The position numbers and the translations under genes were made by a program. Of a DNA stretch of 64,000 nucleotides, positions 36,743 through 49,058 are shown piece by piece. A model generated the notes under the pieces. That model worked only from the letters and a program-made list of their open reading frames with translations. It did not search any database and was not told the origin of the DNA. How positions within the stretch are numbered: the first letter of the stretch is position 1; every line of letters begins with the position of its first letter. The stretch is from Macrostomum lignano (Eukaryota), in the NCBI GenBank assembly GCA_002269645.1, contig NIVC01001520.1, forward strand, positions 186,001 to 250,000. Direction: 5' to 3'.

Positions 36743-37606
36743 ATAGGCAATCCTGCGTCTGTCCTAGAGATCGAATCCCCCACTTCTATCGCTCTCCGAA
36801 AAATACAGCGACCTTTGTTAAACAAAAACTGTGAACTGAAGGCTGAAGCGTTACCGATGAAATTCTTTCAATTTGAGCTGCTGTTTGACGATATTAACAG
36901 TGAAAAAAGTTATTTATCTACCTAAATCCAGTGACTATTTTACTGACTATAGTTGATGAAGATAATAATTAAGCTGGTGCGATCCTAGAATTCCTGGAAT
37001 TTTCATGTCTACTGACCAGTTTAGTCGGGATGAAGCTGTAAAATCAAACTTGGCTTTCTATAACCAATTCAGAGCTATGAGTGTTGGCAACACCAGCGCT
37101 AGCTGTTGTCTGGGAAATTTGCTATGAAGTAATTAATAAAAGAAGAATAAAGTTAAATATACCTTTCTGATATCGGACACGTTACAGTTTCGTCAATTTT
37201 ATTGTTAAAAAAGTGCACTTTTTCTGCCAACATTTTGTTTATTTGAAAATAGGCGGCTTATTAAAAATATTCCCAAAGATTATGACTCAAATTAGTGTCA
37301 CAGGCATCAGTTTCTCATATTTCTATAGCTAGCAGGGGCGGATAATTATTTGTTTAACTTTTGCAAACGATTTTCAATCCGAAGTTTGCGAATTTCTGAA
37401 AAACAGGGTTTGAGTCATTTTTAAAAAAAGTTTTCCTTACAACCTGGCTATTAGAGTTCGGTTTAGGTAGATATTGCGCTTTGCAACTGAAACTGGGACT
37501 TCAGGCTGCTTTTATAATAATTATGGTTTCGATCGTCTGAAAATTTGTTAATCTCCCAAATTCTCCCAAATAAATTCTCCCAAGAAATCTGAACAAGTCT
37601 TTAATT

Positions 37607-37813
37607 CAGGGGTCGGCAAACCTTTTTAACGTAAGGACCAGAAATAAAATCTAGCACGTGAGACAGGAGAGATGAGGGGAGGGGAGTGAGGAGGAGAGGA
37701 GAAAAAGAAGAGACACAAACCTTAAGCGGGGGGGGCGGATTGCTATTGTGAAGTTTCAGAGGACCCGCGTGTCGAATAGAGAGGCTTCGCGGGCTGGATT
37801 TTGAGGACCCCTG
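37607..37813 (+). mobile_element. hAT (Charlie/Buster-like) MITE, third copy
   Basis: CAGGGGTCGGCAAAC ... TTGAGGACCCCTG; TSD CTTTAATT / CCTTAACT (two mismatches). Confidence 0.75.
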
Positions 37814-38032
37814 CCTTAACTGCAAATGATAAACAAATAATTAAGAGCGACTGCTACCATCGTAGGGTGCGAAGCGACAAAAAACAAACAGTAAAATTGT
37901 TGTGAAAAATTGTGAGAAGCGACGCGGAAGTTACAAAATAACTGGAAAGTATCAAAATGAAAATAGATTTCTGTAAAAAAGATAAGCATCAGTCGGAACT
38001 TTCGAACAAAAAACGCTGGATCAACCTTCACT

Positions 38033-41000
38033 TCAGGCGGCAGAGTCGATGGCCTCACGCAGCTGGCGAGGAGAGCCCGGATCCACTGCCTCGGCACCAA
38101 GCCGGTCCGCGCTCGCTTCTTCCGCTTCTGCCCTGGCTTCGGCCTCGGCCGCCAGCCTGGCTAAGTACTGAGGCGTCTCGTTGCGCTCAGTCTCAAGCAG
38201 ATCGCCGACCTGGGATTACGGGTGACTAATCTGTGTAATCACAGAGAATTTTTTTTTAAATGAACTTGAATCGATCTGTCCTCACCCTGTAGTCATGCGT
38301 TCGTCTGCCTCGAGTTTTCAGCTTTGTTGGCGTGGGCCTGTCTAGCTGATCAATGTATTCCAGCACGCTCAGGTTGTTCTGGTGAATTTAGGCATTGATA
38401 GAAATGCTTTTCAAGTAAATATTCCACAATTTTTCGAGGTTTGTGAAGCATATGCAGCCAACTAACACTGAATGTCGTTGAAGGAAAATTTTATGCGATT
38501 ATTATTCCAATAGGATTTGGATAATAATAAAATCTGCCGCAGCTATTCAGCTATCCTGGGCTGTTCAGTCCAAGGCCTGGGGGGGGGGGGTTCAGTCCAA
38601 GGCCTGGGGGGGGGGGTTCAGTCCAAGGCTGGCACCCATTTTACAACTGAGTGGACTGAAGCAATGCAGAGTTAAGTGTCTTTCTTGCTCAAGGACACAA
38701 ACTGTTCCGAGTTTGGTCGAGAATCTAACCCCCGACCTTCAATTCGTGAGTCCGACGCTCTGACCACCAGGCTACAAGCCCCTAACTGGATAGCACACCT
38801 TCTATGATGGATCTAAATTACTATATTTTGAATCTAAAATTATTTCCCATTCTACTACTTACAGCATCTTTTGCTGACATGTCGACGCTGTTGGAAGTTG
38901 AGATCACAGATAGAGTGGCGCGCTGATCGCGGATGCAGACAGCGTAGTGCACAGGCGTCCTCAGCAGGTTGTCGCCTTTGTAGATCATCTGAGGGAACTG
39001 CTCGCAGATGGCCGCCACCATGTCGTGGTTCTCCATTAGCACGGCCATGTGGAGAAGATTCCTGCCACGCCTGTCAACGCCGAGAGGCACGCGTTTCTCA
39101 TTGGCGAACTTGACGAAGCCCTTGCGATCGTCGTTGATGACGGCCGTATGGATTAGCTCGATTTCCTCGTGGTACTTGGGCTCCTCATCCAGCAGCTCAA
39201 GCAGCTCTTTGTAGTACCGCAGCGTGGCCAACTCTTTTGCGGTCTTGTTTCGCGACGTGCCTCGAATGTCGTTGATGTGATTGTAGCCGTCGATGATCAG
39301 CTGCTCGATGGCGTCGATGTCGCCCACGTAGGACAGATTCAGGACGAAGTCATCGATGATCTGGCCGAGACGGGAGCCTCCAACGACGCCTCCCTTGGTG
39401 CAGTAGTCGCGAGGCGTCCAACCGCGCATGTCCCGAGCGGCCACGTTGGCACCGCGGGAGAGCAGCTGCTCAACCACGCGGCACTTCGCAGCCGGATTAT
39501 CGTCCTTCATCACGGCCGCGTGCAGAATGGTCCGGCCAAGCTCGTCGCGCAGTCGGACGTCCACGTGAGCCGCGATCGCTTCAGTGACGTCGCTAGCGAT
39601 GTCGTCTCTGAATGCCCAGAAGGCGACGGGTCCGCACGGCGCGCACTCCTCGTACTGGACGTCAAGCCGGGCGCCGAACTGCAGCAGGAAACTGGCAATC
39701 TTGGCAGAGCCGTACTCCATCACGCTAGCTATGAGCGGGCGGGGCACGAATTCGGCTCGCCAGTCGTCCGTGAAGCCAGCAAAGTAATAGCTGGAATAGT
39801 GACGACAGGGGCCTTTCAAAGAACTTTACACCACATGTTGTGTTCTTGAGTGTTACAAGAGTAAATCATGCTTTGAGAATTATAAGCGCATAACTTATTG
39901 AGCTTATACCATTATATGAGTAGATGCGACCCCCTTGACTGCCATTGCAAGTAGTAGATGCAACCTACCGGTAGCAGGCGTTGACCTTCTTTTCTCCCGC
40001 GCCCATAGCAATGTGGTGCTTCATTCGATCCAGGTCGCCGGCAATGGACGCGGCCGCGAATTCGCAGCCGTGCAGGCTGTCCTCCAGATGCTGCTGGATG
40101 GCTTCGTCGCCAATGTCGCGCGCCAGTTCGGCCAGGCTGCGCCCGTTCTTGGAGACGTTGACGCGGCACAGGCAGCCAAGCCAGTGGCGCACCCGCTCCA
40201 AGTCGCCGTCTTCAACTGCCACGTGCAGACCCGGCAGCAGGCGTCGGGTGTGTCGGCGCTGGCGTACCAGGTCGCCCCGGGTGGCGTAGGTGTTCTGCAT
40301 GATCACGTGACCGCTGTTGGAGCGCACCGAAGCGTCCACGCCCAGGCAGATAAGATGGTCGAGTAGGATGCGGTCCGGCGGCTGACTGTAGGCTGCCAGA
40401 AGAACCGTCTCGCCTTTGTTGTTGCGAGCGTGAACATCGACACCTTCGAGAGCGGTCTTGTACATCAGGCGGATGAGTAGGCGCTTCAGCTGTAGCTCTT
40501 CCGTTGCCAGGTAGCTAGGAACAATTAGGGAATGGAGCAACAAGCATAGAACTTAGCTGGCTTGAATCGAAAATAGCTAGCTTGTAAAAATATGACTCAC
40601 TGCTGCACCAAGAAGTACAAATAGGTGCCGCCAGTCTCAGGATCCGTGCAGTCAAGATCCACCCGGTGATTGTGCAACTGCTGCCAGGCGTCCTCCAGAC
40701 TGTCGGCCGACATTTCTTCCACCAGGGCCACAAATTTGGCGGATCGAAAGGCATTCTTGCTGCTCTCCAGTTGCTCTGCGTCGGTATGAAGCACAAAGCA
40801 GATAAATTATATTTCTGATGAAGATACTTAACATCAACAGATTCCCTTTTATTTCTGTTGCCTTTGAACTTCAGAACTCACCGAAGTATTCTTCCTCGCC
40901 TATCGCACCGGCCGCTTTGAGCAGCTGATAGACTTTGTCAGCCTCGGCTATGCCAGACAGGGTCTTCACCTCGGCCAGCAGAGGCTTCGGCACCTTCTGC

Positions 41001-43579
41001 GACGTATCCTTAGTGCGCAGATTCGGCTTGTCTGGCGAAGCGGGACGGTTAAAATTTGTTCGAACTTTGCAGTGAGCTGCCATCCCCTTAACAACCCGTA
41101 AATCCTGTAATATTTGTTTTCCTTTGGGAGCGCCTAGAGATTGTAGTGGCTGTTCCTCTTTGAGAACAACTAGACCTGCAGTGGCTGTTCCTCTTTGAGA
41201 ACAGCTAGACCCTACCCTGCAGTGGCTGTTCCTCTTTGAGAACAACTAGACCCCACCCTGCAGTGGCTGTCCCTTTTTTCAGAACTCTGGACTAAAGTAC
41301 TGCTTGAACTCATGAGCTGTATAGCTAATTGAAATAGGGTATTTAAATCATAAACCTGAATGCAACGCCCTGTATCCAGGTTGCTACAACGAGCGCCCCA
41401 TCTCACCGGACTTCAGAGCCAGCATCTGCTTCACCCGCTTGACGTCGCAGGCGAGCGCAGCGCAGACCAGCTCATTAGTGCTGGTGTACTTTTTCAACAG
41501 CTCAACAATCTCGTAGTTTCCCGTCTCGAAAGCCAAATCCATCAGGGTCTTGCGTCGTCGTCGACACTCGGTTCGAACCCAGGACGTCAGGTAGCGAATC
41601 ATTAACTCTTTGTCCTCTCGAGCAACTATTGATTGTTTATTTTACAAGCATGCGAGTGATAGATAGAAGCTGTAATTGATGTCCTAAGTAAAGTAAATTA
41701 CTAGCTTGAAATGCACCTCTGTCCGATATGAAAGTACATGTTTCTACAGATAAAACTACCCGTATAATTTAGGTAGATAAGTTAAAACCGATTTTGAGAC
41801 TAGAAGATCTTTTTGAGAGCATTCAAACAAAATTAAGTCAAATAAAGCTATATTTATAGCATTCAAAAATGCAGAACACAGGTTTTTTCTGTAATTAATG
41901 AGCCTGTAATCCTGAGCCTGAAAATGCGAGAATTCGATCACGTGACAGAAACCCGAAAGGAAAAACTGTGCGCGCTCGCGACCGTGAGTGGTGTGACTGC
42001 CAGATTCGAAAAGCTGCGTGCATGATTAGCATATATAATGAGCAACCTTCCTTTCAGTGGGGCATGCGGTTCGGCGACAGACAGTGTGTGAGCACAGAAA
42101 CAAAAAGACAGAAATGAAAAAAACAAACAATACAATGAAATAGAGTCAAACAAACGTCAGTCGAAGAGTTCAATATAAATTTTCCCGTGATCAGTTTTGC
42201 AAATCAACAATAAATTACACCATTTTTACCTGCATACCAGATGCCGTCGCAGACTTGAATAAAAGTTTTTTAGGATTAATTTCAGTGTTTTGGACTTATA
42301 AAATACATGTTTAAATGTGCTGTTTGAATTTAAAGTCGTTATTCTGCTCCTGATCAATATTAAAATTTGATTTTTATAGGAATTCACTTATTTATTGCGG
42401 AATAATGATGCGGCTCGATCAGCGTCTCTTCCGATGACATCACTCACCTGCGCTCCACAGGCTGCACTTTGCACCTTTCTGACCTCGCACCAGCCAGGCC
42501 TTGTGCTGAGCGTTGTCGTGGATGACCCGCGAGTTCATCTCGTTCGTGATGCCCGGGTCGATGCCTGATTGGTTGGAGGTTTTTCGGATGCACTCTTTCA
42601 GCTTTTGACTTCGCGCGTATTTAATTGACTTTTGAAAACGTTACGAGTAGCTAACGGACTTGTACGGACTGCATTGATGCCGCGTAATGGATTCATACAG
42701 ACTTAAACGTGTACTCAGATGAGTACCACCGATTCCAATATTTACTTTTATATATCCCACAGGCTCTACCAGACTTCACGAGTGTCTAACAGACTCTTAG
42801 ACTTTGCCTATATCTAACAGACTCTTACAGACTTTACCTATATCTAACAGACTCTTACAGACTTTACCTATATCTAACAGACTCTTACAGATTTTACCTA
42901 TATCTAACAGACTCTTACAGACTTTACCTATACCTAACAGACTCTTACAGACTTTACCTATATCTAACAGACTCTTACAGACTTTACCTATATCTAACAG
43001 ACTCTTACAGATTTTACCTATATCTAACAGACTCTTACAGACTTTACCTATACCTAACAGACTCTTACAGACTTTACCTATATATAACAGACTCTTACAG
43101 ACTTTACCTATATATAACAGACTCTTACAGACTTTACCTAAACCTGACATCCTTTTACAGACATGAAAACAGGCATATTAAGCAGTAAAGCAGTCAGAAC
43201 CAATCGTTCAAAGAGATAGATAAGAAAACTGCAATAACTGGCGCGCACCCAGTCGGATCAGGTGTTGCACCAGCCGGTCGCCCAGCGGCCTGAAGCAGGC
43301 GGTGTGCAGCGCCGTGTTGCCCACTCGATTCTGCGCGTTCACGTCGCAGCCACGAAGTGCCAGCTTGTACAGCAGCGGCACCGCCGGCCGGACGTCGCCG
43401 CCGCACCTGCCGGCCAGAGCCTTTAGATTTAGCACCACCAAGTGCAGGTAGCTGTTCTGCTGATCGGTGGATCGACGCCGAACCTCGGTGAGCTCGAGCT
43501 CGTCAAGCAGGCTGAGGGCTCGCGCGTAGTTCGCCCGGCTGGGATTGCAGATGAGGCGGTAGAGCTCTGTGTCCTCCAT
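38033..43579 (-). CDS. Large ankyrin-repeat protein (~911 aa, 9 coding exons)
   Basis: Exons 43579-43249, 42564-42448, 41625-41407, 41031-40882, 40775-40601, 40514-39969, 39790-38863, 38378-38286, 38209-38033; all GT/AG phases join. Ankyrin motifs VNAQNRVGNTALH, VHARNNKGETVL, GRTILHAAV, GRNLLHMAV, RTPVHYAV. Confidence 0.8.
38535..38783 (-). mobile_element. tRNA-derived SINE with CORE-like central domain
   Basis: Minus strand: GGGGCTTGTAGCCTGGTGGTCAGAGCGTCGGACTCACGA...GGTTAGATTC (A and B boxes), then GTGTCCTTGAGCAAG..CACTTAACTCTG..GTAAAATGGG; internal triplication of GTTCAGTCCAAGG. Confidence 0.75.
42786..43145. repeat. 30-bp minisatellite in ankyrin gene intron 1
   Basis: Unit CTAACAGACTCTTACAGACTTTACCTATAT. 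Confidence 0.95.
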
Positions 43580-44131
43580 GGTACACGACAGGCTCGAGAG
43601 CGTCTTGTCTGTGTCGTCTGTCTGCCCGTCTCTCCCTCTCTCTCTCGCCCTGTGTTTTGTGAGCCTTGGAAAGGTGTGGGGAGGCCCTTGGCAACCAAAA
43701 TTGCTTAAAGATTTGCTCAAAAGAAGAGTACGAGATAGCGGGCTGGTGGTGGGGGTGGGCTGGACTGGCTTGTGCTCACGGCGACTGGGAGAGAGGGTTG
43801 AGCTGGGAAGGAGGAGAAGGCTGAGGCACTCCTGATGTTGCACTGAAATTTCTTCCTTGCTTGTGCATCTCTGCTTTGTTAAAAAATGCTCATCTGCCCC
43901 CCTGCCTCCCCTGTCTCTCTGCCTGCTCTGCAGCTTGGCTTTTGAAAATGTGTAGAAATTTCACTATTGCTGCAGGGAGGGTGGCTGAGTACTGTGGGTA
44001 GTGGGGGAGGGGATAGATATAGGCGTCAATATCGTACAGGTGGGCCGGTGGAGTGCGGGGGGGGTCTGCTGCGAGTACCCGACAACCACTGCTATGGTTT
44101 TTATCAGAAATGAAAGGAGGGAGAGAACTGC

Positions 44132-44168
<37 letters not shown>

Positions 44169-44684
44169 TGTTGCAAGGGGCGTGCGAGAGGAAGACAACG
44201 AGCTAACGAGAAATGAACAAAGCGAGACTACAATTATTGTACTACTACGATTCGATTAAAACTACGCTCAATATTGGCGACCAATAAAATTAGCTGAAGA
44301 TATCCGAAGCTTCTACTAAAAGTAGTTGATTTCTTGAGAAACGCAAATTTCAGTTATAATAATTTCTGTTCTCCTCTGTATGTAAAATGTTGAATAATAT
44401 GACTTCGTATTACATAACTTTGCATGGTAATATTTGTTAAAAGTGAACCATTTTTATCTCGAATTCGAACTGGAACTGCGTCGATTCTTGATAATTTTTC
44501 ACCTGCTATCTGGCTGTCAATCACCCCGTGAGGCGTCTGCAGATTTCGAGGTCAAAAGCATTTTCGGGTTCAGTTTTTGTAGCTGAGCTTGTTCTGTTAT
44601 TCACGTTTGGGGAAGACGATAACAGAAGATTGAAAGAATCAGCTGGAGCCCACTGAACCGTGAGACTTCTGAGCTAGACAGAAA

Positions 44685-44998
44685 GCACTGACAGACACTG
44701 ACAGACACTGGCAGACACTGGCAGACACTGACAGACACTGACAGACACTAGCAGACACTGACAGACACTGACAGACACTGACAGACACTGACAGACACTG
44801 GCAGACACTGACAGACACTGACAGACACTGACAGACACTGACAGACACTGATAGACACTGACAGATAATGACAGACACTGACAGACACTGACAGACACTG
44901 ATAGACACTGACAGACACTGATAGACACTGACAGACACTGACAGACACTGTAATCAAATGACAGACGACACTGACAGACAGACACTGACACAATGACA
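44685..44998. repeat. 10-bp tandem repeat
   Basis: (GACACTGACA)n. Confidence 0.95.
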
Positions 44999-44999
44999 A

Positions 45000-46058
45000 A
45001 CTAGATGAGGTTAGATGAGGTTAGATGGGGCTAGATGGGTCTAGATGGGGCTAGATGGGGCTAGATGGGTCTAGATGGGGCTAGATGGGGCTAAATGGGG
45101 ATAGATGGGGCTAGATGGGGTTAGATGGGGCTAGATGAGGCTAGATGGGGCTAGATAGTGATAAATAGGGTTGATGGGACTAGATAGGGATAAATGGGGC
45201 TAGATGGAGATAGATGGGGCTAGATGGTGCTAGATGAGGCTAGATGGGGCTAGATGAGGCTAGATGGTGATAAATGGGGTTGATGGGGCTAGATGGGGTT
45301 AGATGGTGCTAAATGGGGATAAATGGGGCTAGATGGAGATAGATGGGGCTAGATGGTGCTAGATGAGGCTAGATGGGGCTAGATGAGGCTAGATGGTGAT
45401 AAATGGGGTTGATGGGGCTAGATGGGGCTCGATGGTGATAAATGGGGTGGATGGGGCTAAATGGGGCTAGATTGTGATAAATGGGGTTGATGGGGCTAAA
45501 TGGGGTTAGATGGTGCTAAATGGGGATAAATGGGGCTAGATGGAGATAGATGGGGCTAGATGGTGCTAGATGAGGCTAGATGGGGCTAGATGAGGCTAGA
45601 TGGTGATAAATGGGGTTGATGGGGCTAAATGGGGCTAGATGGTGATAAATGGGGTTGATGGGGCTAGATGGGGCTAGATGGTGATAAATGGGGTGGATGG
45701 GGCTAAATGGGGCTAGATTGTGATAAATGGGGTTGATGGGGCTAGATGGTGATAAATGAGGTTGATGGGGCTAGATGGGGCTAGATGGTGATAAATGGGG
45801 TGGATGGGGCTAAATGGGGCTAGATGGTGATAAATGGGGTTGATGGGGCTAGATGGGGCTAGATGGTGATAAATGGGGTTGATGGGGCTAGATGGGGCTA
45901 GATGGTGATAAATGGGGTTGATGGGGCTAGATGGGGCTAGATGGTGATAAATGGGGTTGATGGGGCTAGATGGGGCTAGATGGTGATAAATGGGGTTGAT
46001 GGGGCTAGATGGGGCTAGATGGTGATAAATGGGGTTGATGGGGCTAGATGGGGTTAGA
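45000..46058. repeat. 10-bp G-rich tandem repeat with 39-bp higher-order unit
   Basis: (GATGGGGCTA)n evolving into GATGGGGCTAGATGGGGCTAGATGGTGATAAATGGGGTT. Confidence 0.95.
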
Positions 46059-46983
46059 TGATCGAGGCTGAAAAAATCAATTAAGCAATAAAACAGACAA
46101 TTTATGTAAAATATTAATAGATGATCATTTTCTCTGTGTTTCCAATAAAGACCTATAGAAGTATTTTTCGTGAGAAGCTAATTTGTAAACAGTTTCTTAG
46201 AAACGAAATGTTTCGTCCTTCTGCTACTCCAAGTCGTCCCTTCGTTAATAATTGAGCTCCAATGCAAGAACACTTCTTTCACACTTGTTAACCTAGACGG
46301 CAGCGGCTCCTGATCTCATTACAACATGCTAGGTGGTGCTCAAGGCATCTATTCAGATTGCTCCAGCTATCTAATCTAGAAACCTTATTTGTCCATGAAG
46401 TTGCCGCTAGCGTGTGCAGCTTGTGAGAAATCTGCTTTGCTGCTCAGGACTCTGCCTCTATCGGGCAGAATCAACTCGAGTACATGCGCAGGGCCTGAAA
46501 CAGCAGGAAAGAAGAGGTAAAAAGCGCTCTGATAAATCAAACCGATTTCACAAGAGCCGGAAACTCTGAGAAGCAACAGAGAATAATAGCGCTTCTGTTT
46601 TGATATCGGCACTGAGAAAGAACTCAAGAAGTACAAAGAAAAACTATCAGGAAAATTGCAGTAGGCAAGATTTCCATTGCTTCACACAAGTGCACACAAT
46701 TCTCCAGTGTCACCTTTGGCCTCTAAAGCAGAGTTCTGCCCCCCCCCACCGGGGTGGCGGTCATTCAGGTTACTGAAGTCTTATCGAGTTCCCCACAGCA
46801 GTTTATCAGCACCCCGTGTGAGCTGAGTAGCTGGCCGCTCAGTCCTCACCCACACGCCGTGCCCTCGGTAAAACCCGCAGCGCCACAGGCTGTTTGCACA
46901 AGCTGAGACCCGCCGCCTGCTCTGCTCCCGCTTGCCTTGTCTTCACTTCTGTCAAAGTCAAGTGTTGAGAAGCCCCGAAAGAC

Positions 46984-47370
46984 ATGCGGCTGATCCCGTT
47001 GCTAAGCCTGTCGCTAATCCTTGCAATCGGAGGCGCTTGGGCCAGCTGGCCAGCCAATCACATCAACAGCCTGTCCGACATCCGCTGCCGCCAATGGTGC
47101 ACCTTCCGGTTTCACTCGGGCTCGCGTCGCGTGTTTGTCGGTCCCGACGCCGAGCTGCGGCCGTTTCTTGTCAGCAACTATGTCAAGCGAATGCAGGACA
47201 GGCATCGGGCCGAGCTGACCGCCGAGATGCGCGACAACATGCGCCGGTTCCGCGAGTACTACTCGAGCCAGCGGGCGGGTGGCACGGTCCGCGAGTCCGG
47301 TGACAGCACCCTGGGCTGGTTCAACCTGTACCACGATTACCTGCACTGTCTGCGGGACTGCTTCGACTGA
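46984..47370 (+). CDS. Orphan small secreted protein with twin CX3C motifs, 128 aa
   Basis: Signal peptide MRLIPLLSLSLILAIGGAWA; CRQWC and CLRDC; internal RR/KR sites; GC3-rich codons like other genes here; pyrimidine tract and AG acceptor at ~46957. Confidence 0.75.
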   Translation: MRLIPLLSLSLILAIGGAWASWPANHINSLSDIRCRQWCTFRFHSGSRRVFVGPDAELRPFLVSNYVKRMQDRHRAELTAEMRDNMRRFREYYSSQRAGGTVRESGDSTLGWFNLYHDYLHCLRDCFD

Positions 47371-47439
47371 GCGGTGTGGCTGCGCACCCTATCCTGCTGG
47401 GGACCGGCAGCAAGGCAGAGAAAATCTCAAATGCAACGT

Positions 47440-49058
<1,619 letters not shown>

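Noticed and set aside
38700-38783. A functional tRNA gene
   Set aside because: The B box is degenerate, the acceptor stem does not close, and the sequence continues into a SINE body shared with another copy.
42797-43166. IGKVCKSLLD repeat ORF
   Set aside because: 30-bp intronic minisatellite in the ankyrin gene.
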